Of a stretch of DNA of 64,000 nucleotides, positions 11,491 through 23,325 are shown piece by piece. This DNA comes from Amphiscolops sp. MND2022 (lineage: Eukaryota): contig OZ076417.1 in the NCBI GenBank assembly GCA_964187785.1, positions 47,244,001 to 47,308,000 on the forward strand. Direction: 5' to 3'. The notes under the pieces are model-generated. The model ran no database searches. It was not told the origin of the DNA and worked only from the letters and a program-made list of their open reading frames with translations. Positions within the stretch are counted from its first letter, which is position 1. Every line of letters starts with the position of its first letter. A program made the translations under genes and the position numbers.

Positions 11491-12258
11491 TTAGAGGGCA
11501 TTCAACAGGATTAGGTGTAGGTGAGGTAGAAAATGATCAGTGTTAAGATCAATATTTAGAAAGTGTGACACAGAAGAACGAACCCTGGCATTTTGAGAAG
11601 TAGGTCGAGAGAAAAGATGTTCTGTTCGACGATAGGAAAAAATAGAAGAGCGTTGAGAAAAGACGGTATCAACACCAGTTGTTTGAAATTTTTTGTCAGA
11701 TAAAAAAGAATCAGATGAGCGAGATTGAGCGTGTTGTCTCTCTAAGGGGGAGTTTGTGCTTGGCAAAGAAGGCGTAGGGTTACGGTCATTTCTAAGAACA
11801 TATCTATGGCGGGGACGCCAACTAATAGTAGATTCCGAAGTGGTTTCTAAAAGATTATCCAAGAAGGAAGTTGTATGTTTAGAAGCGGAATTAGTAGGAG
11901 GAAGACGACGATAATTGACAGAAATTGTGTCAACGTCACTAGGATATATTTCGCTTAGTGTGTCAAAGGATTCAAGAACAAGGATTGTGAACGGTTTGGG
12001 AGGTGGAAGAGAAGGGCCAGGTTGAAAATGTTTACAGGGTTGTGGTACAGGAAGTGAAGGATCAAATCTAAGACGTCCTTTACTGGAGGTAGGAACTAAG
12101 ATTGGTGTAAAAGGTTGAGGTTTGTTAATTTTTTGTAGAAGGATTGGGTCGCAGTCACTAGGGTCTGGAATATGAGGATGGGGAGGTGGAGGAGAATTAG
12201 TAGATGTGATGTCAAAAGGAGTCAAAGGCAATTCTGTATCAGAAAAAGGAAGTGTCAA
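11491..12258 (-). CDS. 255 aa Pro/Ser/Thr-rich ORF between IN and env (IN tail or accessory protein)
   Basis: Open frame in the ORF track; low complexity; contains RHRYVLR; no recognised family. Confidence 0.4.
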   Translation of the reverse strand: MTLPFSDTELPLTPFDITSTNSPPPPHPHIPDPSDCDPILLQKINKPQPFTPILVPTSSKGRLRFDPSLPVPQPCKHFQPGPSLPPPKPFTILVLESFDTLSEIYPSDVDTISVNYRRLPPTNSASKHTTSFLDNLLETTSESTISWRPRHRYVLRNDRNPTPSLPSTNSPLERQHAQSRSSDSFLSDKKFQTTGVDTVFSQRSSIFSYRRTEHLFSRPTSQNARVRSSVSHFLNIDLNTDHFLPHLHLILLNAL

Positions 12259-12899
12259 AGACTTTTGGGTTGTAGTTTAATGGGTTAGGATTGGTTTTGG
12301 GAGTGAATGTTGGAGCATTAGAAGGAGTGGTGTTTAAGGAGGGGTGATAGGAATGGGATTTAAAGGAGGACGATGTAAGATGAAGAAAGATTGTTATAAT
12401 AAAGAGAAGTGTAGTTAGGAATTATTGTATTTATGGATGATAGATGTTAAGATGTGTTAAAGTTCAGAACATGAAACAGATTTAATTTAGCCTCGTTTAA
12501 CTGACTGTTCACCCAAAGATTATGGACAAAATGAACAGAGGGTAGGTGTGGAATTTGGTAATTTGAATTTGGATATCAATTCTCAGGCATATTTAAATGT
12601 CTAGACACCAGACGATTCAGTGAGAGTCTGACAGGTAATGCAATTAAAGATTGATATTTATATTAAGGGAGGAACTTTTGTGGGTTTTGAGTTATGATAG
12701 TCTTTGGAAGGGGGAGAGATTGTAAATTATATGTTGAACGGTGAGCTCAAGTATGAGTGAGTAATGATTGAGAGTCTGGTGAATGTTAAAAAGAGAACCT
12801 TGAAGAGTCAGCAACACGTGGAAAAATCTGAGGTAAGGAGGTGGAGTTGAATGTCATTGACGGAGATATGTGAACAAAAAAATCGGTTCTTTAGGATAC

Positions 12900-14100
12900 A
12901 ATGGCAAATTATGAACGCAGTGATTGTGAAATGTAGAGCCATCTGGGGCCATAATCATGAAAACATCAGATAGATGTTGAATAATTTTGTACGTGCCAAT
13001 TCGGAGGGTTTTGAATTTAGTTGAGAGTTTGACAGGTTTTAGGTTGGTGTGTATAACAAAAGTAATAAGAGGAAGTTGTTATAATTGAGTGGTTTAAAAT
13101 GTGAAGTTTTGTGAATTTAATTTATTGGTTATTTGACGATGAACGGTAAAGTAGATTCCTAACATTGCATGTTCAGCTGTTCAAAACCACGAGAAAAAGG
13201 ATTGGCAAAGTGTGAATGGAAAAAAAAAGATTGAGGTCTTGGTCACTTTATTGTGTATGAGATGGAAGTGAATTACAATATGTTGCATTACAATTTTTGG
13301 ATAAGTCAAGGGAGAGACAAAGTTAATGGGATACGAGGATGTGTATAGAAAATGATTTGATGTGGAGAAAGTTGAAGTTGAGGAAGATGAGTTGTATTGA
13401 GAGCTCATTGTATTGAGAGTTTGGAATCACAAATTAATTGGAGGACTTTGTAAAAAGAAACGTAGATGAGTTCCAAGGCTACGATTTTGGACTTGGACTA
13501 AACTATTTGTCCAAGAAGAAAATTAAGTACGTGGAGTTTGGCTAAAATTGGAGCGTATCGTAATAAGAGGAAATATGAGGAGCAGTTTTAGTAGCAATAA
13601 AATTACTGATTGTATCTATGATAACAAAAATATAGAAGTTTCCTTGGAAGAAAGGAGAAATAGGTCCTTTAGTGTCCATAGAGAATCTATAACTTAAATG
13701 AGTTGCGTATTCATAAAATGGTAAAGGAGGGAAATATTATTAGCTTTGAATGGTTTGTTGGTTCGGCATTCAATACAATAATGATTGAGAATAGAGAACC
13801 AAAAAGATAATTGAGGAATATAAAAAATTTGGTTGACAATTTCAATAAAAAGTTTTTCACCGGAATGACCATGTGAACGCGTTTTGTTAAAAGCAGCAGA
13901 AAAGAGTGTAAATGGCAAACAACAGCGAGTTTGGTTATTAGAGGGTTGAGTTTTGATGAAGAGTTCTTCAAGATTCTGGAGTTTGGTATATAGTATTGTG
14001 TAAGACGTGAGTTTGGGTCATTAAATAGATGTTGGAATTGTTTGTAATATCTATAGAGAAAAGAGTTAGCTTTAATAACAGTGGTCAAGGTGTAAAGTCT
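12900..14100 (-). pseudogene. Integrase (HHCC + core), disrupted
   Basis: TRSHGHSGEK...YCIECRTNK zinc-binding motif (13694-13918) followed by FSMDTKGP..FVII core start. Confidence 0.8.
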
Positions 14101-14799
14101 TTGTTTTGGTTCGAGCCATTTATAAACAGTAAGGAGAACGGGATCAATATTTTTGAGCTTGAAGGTGAACCGGTATTGTTGAAAAGGTATCAGATGGGAG
14201 AAAAAATTTTCAAAAGTTTTACAAGGACCAAAAAAGAATGGATCGAAAAATGGTAATGATTGAGTAGAGGTGGGTTTAATAGGAGATTGTATTATAGCAT
14301 TCGTATGAGTAGAATCAGCATGAGCCGAACCATCAGAATCGGAGGAAAAAAATTTGTCGTATGGGTTAAGATGTTTTGGGAAAGGTGAAAGTCAATAAAT
14401 TTTAATATTGACTTTCAGAGAAGAGGGTACGGACAAATTGGGACAATTGTGATTGTAAATTTTGCTGAGGAATAATTTAGTAACAGGATCATCCTCTTCA
14501 TACCAATCAATTTCGTTTAAACGAAGGATTTGTTGAAGTAGTGTTTTGACTTTATTTTCTATAGGTTTCTTATATTCGATTAAAAAAGATGATACAGATT
14601 GAAAAGAATGAATCTAAAGGAGTATAAGTGACAGTGTTACCTTTATCTTGAATACGAGGCGAAAATTGATCATCACCGTAATCAACCAAAATTGGGTGTG
14701 AATCATTTTTTGAGTGGGCGAAACATCTTCAGTTTTAACTAAATAGTGGACTTGTTTTATCGAGTTATTGGGTTTTGGTTGTATATATTCAACATGTGG

Positions 14800-16100
14800 A
14801 GGGCACGTTGTGTTTTGTAAGTGACAAATTTTATTTGTAATTTGGGAAAAATCTCAACTGATCATAACAGCAACATTTAAATTAGTACCTGCAGCATGAA
14901 TCAATTGAAGGTCTGCGAATTTTGGTAATAACGTTTGAGCTTTATTTGAGTTGGAGTGAAGGTTCCTTTACGGGTAAAGAGGAAATGAATAGGACTGTGA
15001 TCTGTGACAACAGTGATTATGAATTTAGAACTGATAATAATAAATTCGTATTCAGAAAAAGCAATAGATATAGCACAGAGATCTCTCTTACATCTAGAAA
15101 GTTTTTGTTCTTGTGTTGTCAAAATACGAGAGTCATAAGACCTAACTTGCATTTTTATGGCGGTGTTAGGCTTAAACAATTTGGCACCTAGTCCAAGGAG
15201 AGAAGGCGTCAACAGCATTATATAAAGAGTGAGTGGTATTAGTGATTGCAAGCTCAGCTTCTTCTGAGAGAGAAGCTTTAATTTCATTGAAAAGTTTGTC
15301 TAATTCAAGAGTCCATTCAAATGAAACATCATCATGGAGAAGTGTGTAAACGGGTTTGAGTGAAATGTAGAGTTTGTTTATAAATTTGGAGTAGAAAATC
15401 ATTGCACCAACAAATCGCATTTGGTCAATTTTGGAAGTGGGGGTTCTCAATTTGTGTGTACCATCGACTTTAGAGGAGATCGATTAATTATTAGTGTTGC
15501 CAATTTCATGTCCAAGAAGTTTGACAGTGAGTTGAAGATGAAAGGATTTTTCAAGGGCAATTTTAAGATTGTTAGAGCTACATCTTTGGTGTAATTGTTC
15601 AATTGAATCTAACATATGAGTTTTGGTATGAGCAAGAAGTAGGATATCGTCGAAATAAACAAGTGCGAGACCTCAATGAAAGATTTCTTGAAAAAACGAA
15701 TACATTTGTATGGTGAAAAATTTGGTAGTCCTTTAAGACCATGAAATTCTCGGATAAAGGCATAAAATTGCTCTCCTGAAGAGAAACTGGTAAGAGAGAT
15801 GGTGTCTTCATCCAAAGGGGCATGTGCATAAACATACATGAAATCAATTGCAGATTTGAATTTTTTGTTGGCGCGGGCAAATTGAGGAGCTAAAGGTTCA
15901 ATAGGCCAAGACTCAAAGAATTGATTAGTGTTAGAGTTCAATTTTTTAGTGTCAAGGACGACTTTAATTGTCTCCTTCAGGGATAATAATGAGCGGATTT
16001 AAAAAGGTTGTACCTTTATGGATTCATCAGAGGGAGTTTAGTTAATTTGTCTGAAACGAATTCTTTGGTGCAAATTCTAAAAGGAATGGCTATTATACCA
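14800..16100 (-). pseudogene. Reverse transcriptase + RNase H, disrupted
   Basis: DFMYVYAHAPLDEDTISLTSFSSG...HGLKGLPNF; LVYFDDILL (~15637-15665); F.GAMIFYSKFI; RNase H ..LCAISIAFSEYEF...TDHSPI. Confidence 0.9.
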
Positions 16101-16668
16101 ACATCATTACGATGAGTATCATAGCAATGTTGGTAATTAACAAAATTGACGCAAAGTTTAAATATTCATCATCAGTGACATCATAGTATTGAAAGTCAAA
16201 TTTTTTCAAGAATCGTTAAACAACTGGGAGTACGGTAAAGAAGGACAGTTTAAAAGCTGAGAAGGTTGTAGTCTATTACTTTCAATATTATTTCTTTAAA
16301 GAGAACGTCGAACCGGCTTTGGTTCTGAGAGATCTGGGTAATAGGTATGAAATATAGTGTGTATTGAAGAGTTTACATCATTACCATTATAATGTGGTGG
16401 TTTAATATCAGTGACAGGGACTTCAATGCAGCATATAAATCCTGGTTAGAGGATGACTGAATGATGAGTAATAGTTTGGATTATAACAGAGCAGCTATTG
16501 GGTTCGATTTTATTATTTCGTTAAACTTAGAGAAAAGTAAAGGTGGAATTGAAGCAACTATTGAAATATGGATGTGGAGTTGAAGTAAATATAATTTCAT
16601 TTTCAGAGGTTGTGAAAGTTAAAGGAAGAGTAGGTTGGATTGGAAAAAAATGATTTGAGAAGCTTACA

Positions 16669-17200
16669 TTAAATTTTGTGTATAACATTGGCTGTGTAAA
16701 TGTAAGAGAAATCTTTTTCTTTAGGAGCAATAAAAGGTAAAGAATTGACATGCGATTCATGAGTTGTATTAAATAAAAAAGACATGTGATCAATGTTAAA
16801 AATTTTTACAATTTTTGCGAAGAAGGGAGTTCCAAGTATATTATATTTGATACTTGTGACTGCAAATGAAAATACAGGAGTGCGAGTACCTCCATGGATT
16901 GAGGTATGAAGTATGAGCATCACATCATATAGTATAGGAACTTCAGCTTTATTGGCTACTGTGAGGGTTTTAAAGTCATATTTGCAGGAGTGGATTTGGA
17001 ACACTTAAGTAGGTGATCAGGTAATATTGCGAAAGTGGGTATTTTTAAAACACAAAAAGAGGCACCGCTGTCAAGCAGGGAAGAAAGTTCTACTACAGAG
17101 GGTACAGAGGTGTCTTCTGGTGGTTTGAAAATGTATAGATTGACATAACAAGTGGAAGGAGTTAAGGTATTAGCATGATCATTTGAAAGAATTGAATTTT
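16669..17200 (-). pseudogene. Retroviral-type aspartic protease
   Basis: LLDSGASFCV at ~17050-17075 and NILGTPFF downstream. Confidence 0.85.
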
Positions 17201-17249
17201 GTGAACCAGAACAGTTCTTTGGATGGTATATTTTAATTTCAAACTTAAG

Positions 17250-18750
17250 TTCTATGGAAGAAGAATGGTGCGAAAGTGATGTCGGTTGTTGACTGAGGTC
17301 AGCAGTGCAGTGGGTTTGTGTTGGTAGTTTGATTGATTTTTTGAAGTAAAGTGAGATCGAATTTGATAGCTATCAGCCCGTGGTTTGGAAGGAGAACAAG
17401 ATGGTGATTTATAGGGTCGAAAAAAGGTACTCATTAAATCTTGAGGATCCTTCGCGAGAACGCGAATAAGTTTTGTATGGGATACGAGAGGATGTTGGAT
17501 TGTACTATGAGCGAGATGGGTAATATGTGCATGAAGGAGACTTTCGTTAATATTGGTTATAACGGGGTTGTTTACGGTCAAAATAAGGAGAATGGTTTTC
17601 AGAGATGAGATTATGATAATTTTTGAGCGATATTCAGAGCGACAAGGAGAACGACACTTATATCGAGATTCTCGACAGAAATTTTGATAATGCTTACTAT
17701 TATGTCCACTACGATAACAAGGAGTTTAGTTATTATATTTGTTGGAGGGCGTTTTAAAGTGTTGATAAAAGGAAAGAGTAGGTGACTTTGATTGAAGTTA
17801 AGATTTGTTAGGCATATTTAGTCTACGAAAACAAGTGGAGACAGAATGAGTCTTTTAATGGCAGAAGGAACAATATTTTTTATAATTGAGGTTTTGATTT
17901 ATTATTTGGGTCTACAGCTGGTATTTGTGGAGATTCAAAGACATTATCTGTGACAGTGGCATTTTGGTTAGAAGTGTCTGAGAGAGTATTAATTTCAAGC
18001 AAAATTACTTGCGTTTTAACCTTTTCAATTGTGATATCTTCAGAGTCAACCATGTTACAAAGAGAGTGGAAGAGAACGGAATGTTCAAATGAACTTGAAA
18101 AACGTTTGACTTGACGTTTATTGGCAATATTGTTATTTTTTTGGTGACCACGAGTAGAAAGTTCATTACATTTGAGGTTTATGGTGGATAGGTTTATGTT
18201 TAACAAGAATTTCAACTTTTGAAGCATAGTGTCTAACATTCTTGGTATAATTTTTGACGAGAGAGAGTGTTTCAAGAAGAGTGTTTCAAGTGTTTTCAAG
18301 TCTTGAGTGCAAGGTTAAGGTAACTAAGATTGTATATAAAGAGGCTGAGGTCCAAGTTGAAATGTTACACATGCAATGAGGTGAGCTAAAAATGTTTCAG
18401 AAGGATACGTGTGATCCAAGCACTGAAACGTTTTAATGGGATCGGAACTAGCAGCAAAAGGAACAGAAGGAGTCATGGTTGAAGAGGTTGAGATCAAAGT
18501 GGATTCAAAAGATAGGTAAAATGAGACGGTGGGAGTGGATTAGGAGGAAGGGGAGGTGGTGGCAAAGAGGAAGGTTATAAAAACCGGGATGGAGTGATGC
18601 GTAAGAATCATGAGAGGTAGAGGAAGGATGGAACGAAAGAGGTTGAAGTGTTGAAGAAGGATTTTGGTGCATTGGAGAGGAAGATGGGGGCTTAGGATGA
18701 GAAGAGAAGTAGGTAAGTATGTTTGAGAAGAGGTAGCTTGACATTGAGTA
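17250..18750 (-). pseudogene. gag: gag (capsid-like, one CCHC knuckle, Arg/Ser-rich tail)
   Basis: LDHTYPSETFLAHL..VTFQLGPQP; YCSFCH*KTHSVSTC (C-x2-C-x4-H-x4-C, ~17830-17874); RS-rich stretch ~17640-17700. Confidence 0.75.
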
Positions 18751-18929
18751 GTAATTACATGAGGAAAAGAAAGAGGGACTGGAGGAAGAGTTTGATGATA
18801 ATGAAAAGTAGATGGTTGTATAGTAATAGTATTTGGTGGTGGGTGAGAATTAGAAGAAGTGTTATATTGGTGTGTGTGGTGAGTGAGAGTTTAAAGGTTG
18901 AGTAGTAATGGGGTTGTTTAAAATAGTAG

Positions 18930-20420
18930 AAGGTGGGTCAAGATTTAGAGCGGGATTACCAATATTATGAGTACCTTATAAAACAAGGCACATGGAATGG
19001 TTTGGTGAGAGATATTAGATATACAAGGTGTGGTTTGAAGAGAGATATCAGAAGTAGTATCTACAGAAGGTATTTGAGGACGATGTTTTGCATATTTTTT
19101 AACAGGAGGAGGAAGTTTAAGACTTTCATCAATGCTATGATTGTCATAGGAGAGGTAGTTAAAATCAGTGACAATAAAGTCGCGGAGTTTATAGAAAAGA
19201 ATAGTTTCAGAGGTATCAATAAAAGGGAGGAGTTCGTCCTCAGAAAATTTGGAAGGAAAGTTATTACAAGCGTCTGGGAATTTAGAATCCCAATTGAGTT
19301 GGTAATGATGTCTAAAGAATTTACGAAGAAATAGAGGTTAGATTCAATTTTATTCATAATTTGAGTGTTTAAAGTGAGATTTTGGAAACACTGATATTGG
19401 AAATGATGAATTTGATGGATATCGGTAGTGAGCCAATGATGCGGGTTGTTTTCAATAGTGCGAAACTGTTCAATGTTAGGAAGGTCAAAAAAGGATTCTT
19501 TTCGGCGAAGTGCTTGAATAGCAGATGGAATGAAAGTATGTTTATGTAAAAGATTATTTTCGGTTTTTGAGGAATGTGGTAAAATTATGAGCGATAGGAT
19601 TATGATTATTGGTAGAGTATATGTTTTTACGAAAGGTATCAGTTGAATTAAAAGAATAGGTGGTAAGAATAGAAAACGAAGGTTCATCAGAAGTTTCTAC
19701 TAGAGAATGGGTGTCAATATAATAAAGATAGGAGTTGTGGTGTTCACGTATGAGGGGAATGGTGTAAATATCTTTCGGGTATGTTTCAAAAGAAAGCGGA
19801 ACTGTTGAGTTATAGATAAGAATTTTAAGGAGTTTGGTTAAAGTTTGGGTGGTGTCGCGTGAATTGCGAGAATGAGACTCATTGAGAGCAAAGGGGAGTG
19901 TGAGTAAAGGAGGAGGTTGATCAGTCATCAAGAATAACGATGAGGACTAAAAATTCGGGAAATACGGTCAAGGAGGGTTTCAGGATCTATAAGAGGTTCA
20001 GGGGGAGGAGGATGAAGATATATTGTGTGACGCTGATAGTGGTAATATGGTAGGAGATGGGAATAGAATTATTTGTATGAAAATAAAATATGGCAATGAG
20101 TAAGAGTTGTGAAAAAGTGAAAAATGGGTGGGGGTTTAAAAGAACCAGAAACATAAGTATATGAAAGGAGAGAGGTGGATTAGTTGATGAGGGTGTGATT
20201 AAATTATGGTGAGGTTAATGATAAAATGATGGAGTTTGAAAAAGTAGGGGTTATGGAGTATGGAAGGTTTTATGTGAGAATTGGGAAAATAGTTGAAAAG
20301 AGTGGTGATTTTTTTTCAAAAAGAAGAATGAGAAAATCAAGCATAGCAAAAATGTAGAAAACAAAAAGAAAAATGGGTGCAAGAATTTCAGCTAAAAATA
20401 ATATAGGATGTGAAAAATAG
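18930..20420 (-). pseudogene. ORF0 upstream of gag (unknown function)
   Basis: PLSFETYPKDIYTIPLIREHHNSYLYYI and NNPHHWLTTDIHQIHHFQYQCFQNLTLN motifs shared with three other copies. Confidence 0.65.
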
Positions 20421-20589
20421 TTATCGGGGAATGAAACCAATCCTGAACTTGTCGACGACAAAAGGAAAGATTGCAGGCCAAAAAGATACAATAAATCATT
20501 AACATACAAGTGGAATCTTTTAAAGAAGGCATAAAAATTATGAAAAATATTTGAAATGAGTTGTACTAGCAGAAATGTTGAGTTTTTGA

Positions 20590-20880
20590 GTAGTACAGAG
20601 AAGGGTGTACCGCCAAAATGTCGAATCAATGAGGTTAGTACTGAAACTGTACAGACACGAGTCGAACCAACTTGATTAGTACAGAAAGGGTGTACCAGCG
20701 CGAAGCCGAATCATTTCCATGAGATTAGTACAGAAAGGATGTACCGACTACGAGGTCGAACCACTTTTTTGTGATTAGTTCAGAAGATTTTTTATGTTGT
20801 ACCGACAAACAGTCGAATCACTTTTTTGTGATCAGTACAGAAGAATTGCCTTTTTGTACCGATAATGAAACATCGAAACA
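20590..20880 (-). repeat. Leader tandem array (~45-55 bp, ..tagtacagaa.g..tgtaccg..tcgaa(t/c)ca)
   Basis: About six imperfect units directly 3' of the PBS. Confidence 0.8.
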
Positions 20881-20939
20881 AAAGTTCGTTAGCACAAAAA
20901 GTTTGTAGAAAACGGGAGGAAAGAAGGGAAGCGCACTTG

Positions 20940-20947
20940 TCGCACCA
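20940..20947 (-). promoter_or_regulatory. Putative PBS TGGTGCGA of element A
   Basis: Abuts the LTR end (caagtactttgac|tggtgcgacaag). Confidence 0.7.
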
Positions 20948-21271
20948 GTCAAAGTACTTGTGTTTTGTGTTGAGATGTTTAATTTTTTTACAAGGAGTAT
21001 TTTAAGAAGACTCTAACAGAGCTGCAGTATTAGGTCTTGAAAGCAGTTACAACTTGATTGTGAAGACTTTATCAGTGTTGTTTTCCGTTATAAATCAAAT
21101 AGGTGCTTTACAGTATAGGGTATGGTACTGAATATAAATTAAATATATCTAAATGCATGATACACATTTAAAGTCTACACATTCATAAATTGGATGATGG
21201 GGGAAATGACCGAAAACAACGGTTGATGAGGGTTAAGAACGAATAAAAGATTAGAGGTATATCAAAAGACA
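20948..21271 (-). repeat. 5' LTR of element A
   Basis: Starts TGTC on the minus strand; homologous to 4192-4516. Confidence 0.85.
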
Positions 21272-23325
21272 CCTCCTTGAGTATTTGAAGTTCTCGCTCC
21301 AGAAATAGCCCTCAGCGATGTTAAGGGGTCTAGTTTTTTGCCGCTTTACAATTTTCTGTGGTTTCTTCGCATGTTTTGTAGAATGAATAGTCATGGAATT
21401 CGTTTACACAAAACTTGGCCACTAAAGACACCTACCCTATTTGAAAAAACATTGTTTCAGTGCTTTTCAGCCAAAGCAAGCCAATAAATAATTTACAAGT
21501 TGTGTAACGTCAAGCTATCAGCTACTTTCTAGAAGTGGAACAATGCCTAGATTGCTTGAACAGGAGACCAGTGTCTTACTACAACCTAGACATTGGTTTT
21601 TAATCCCAAAATGGTCTCCTAAGGGGACGTTTCTAAGGTCAAAGGAGGTTCCTCAGGTAGAGCTCCGAGGCGACATGCCGGCACTCTCAAAGTCTGGACA
21701 CGTCCCAAAAGCCTGTAAAAACGAATCCTAAGGTTCTAACGTGTTCCCGCGACTCCTAAGTACTTCCGAGGTCCAAAATTGGTGTTCAGCAAAAACACAT
21801 TATATTTGCAGAATTAGATCTAAAATCAGGAAAATTGGATTATGCTAGATCCAGTTTCATCACGAACCTGCCAAAAACATTAAAAACAATGAAATCAACT
21901 TTATAAGAGTTCTTCATGATGGTTTCGGAGTTCTTGCAAAGATCCACTGACAGGTTGCACCTTGATTTTGGGGGGTCGTTTCAGACTTTTTCCTGGATGA
22001 TATGGCACCACACCACACTGGGTTTTACACTCATTTCAGCGTCTTCTGAGTGTATTCGGGTGTCGGGGCATTACGGGGTGGGGTGTTTTTGTTGGTTTTT
22101 TGTCTTTCTCTTCGATTTCTGGGACCTGCCCGGTCGGCCATTTTTATTGTGGCAATTTTTGTTATCGCACATTTCGAATTTTTCATCGAAATTTTCGAAA
22201 ACTTTTGCAACCCCAATTGCTGGACGTTACATTTTTAACGTTTTCAGAACATTCCGTAGCTAGTTTATTTCGGAACGGAAATAAACCCGCTCTTGAATGG
22301 GCGTCTTGTTAATCAGTTATCACTAGCTAAAAGCAATATGACACAATCCCTATTTCAGTTCAAAACGACGCTGTTCAAATCAACTCCTAAAAACCAAATT
22401 ATTGCGGGAATCTTTGGGAGCAATGTTCAATTCTTAAATAAAGAACCCAGAAAATTTTAAGGGACGAGACTAAAGGAATTCATGGCTTAAGAAACAACAG
22501 AAGGGAATGGAAACTAGTTTTAACTGAATTGAAACAAAGAAAAACTTAACTTCAACGAAATTTCTTCACCAAAGATTCGATAACACTAATGTTGATCGAA
22601 GACTTTCAATGCTCAGTCAGAGAAAACTCAAGTCCAGCAGGAGGGCAAATTTTTTGAGTCTATCAATCCACGCATGGTGCTAGAAAGAAACGCACTGTGA
22701 GGGAGGAGTTTTTCGGTCTTCTGAAATGGCCGCAATGAAGAAACCGGCCGAAGAAAGAATGGCCGTTTGCGAAGATTTCCAAAATTATGAGGAAGGGTAA
22801 TATGATTCGGGACCCGCAAGAACACTATTATAGCAGTCTTTGCGGGTTTTCAATTGTAGTTTCAACAAGGTTTTATTGGTTACCATTGAACATTCTCTGG
22901 TAGGATCCATTTCATTTCAAAATATTGAACCACCAAATGGAAATCCTCCGAACTCCATGAAGAGAAATTGAAGAAGAGTCCCAACGGGTCAAAATGGCTA
23001 AGTTTTCCAACATTTGTCAGAACTTTTTGAACTTGGCTCAAATTTCCAATTGGCTCAACAGAGAAGATTTTCAAAAGGTTGGAAAAACCTTGAATATGGT
23101 TAATGAAAGTTTTCGTCACAAAGTTAAAACTATTCAGACCAAATCTAAACAAAATGAAACACGTTCAGACAAATAGCTGATTTTTTCACTGAAGTTTCTA
23201 CTAGTTTACGAATATAACGAAGACAAATTTTCAGTATTCAAAACGTTTTTTTTCTAAATTATAGCTGATTTTCTTGTATTCAATTCTTTCATGAAACAAT
23301 TCCTTTCTCTCTGGCTATCAGTGAT

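Larger units (their letters stand above)
4192..21271 (-). mobile_element. Large (~17 kb) env-bearing Ty3/gypsy LTR retroelement, decayed (element A)
   Basis: Two homologous LTRs (roughly 80% similar by eye), PBS, and domains in gypsy order PR-RT-RH-IN; consistent strand composition throughout; no TSD found. Confidence 0.8.

Noticed and set aside
20590-20880. CRISPR-like array
   Set aside because: Units are degenerate tandem repeats without unique spacers, in a eukaryotic LTR leader; no cas genes.
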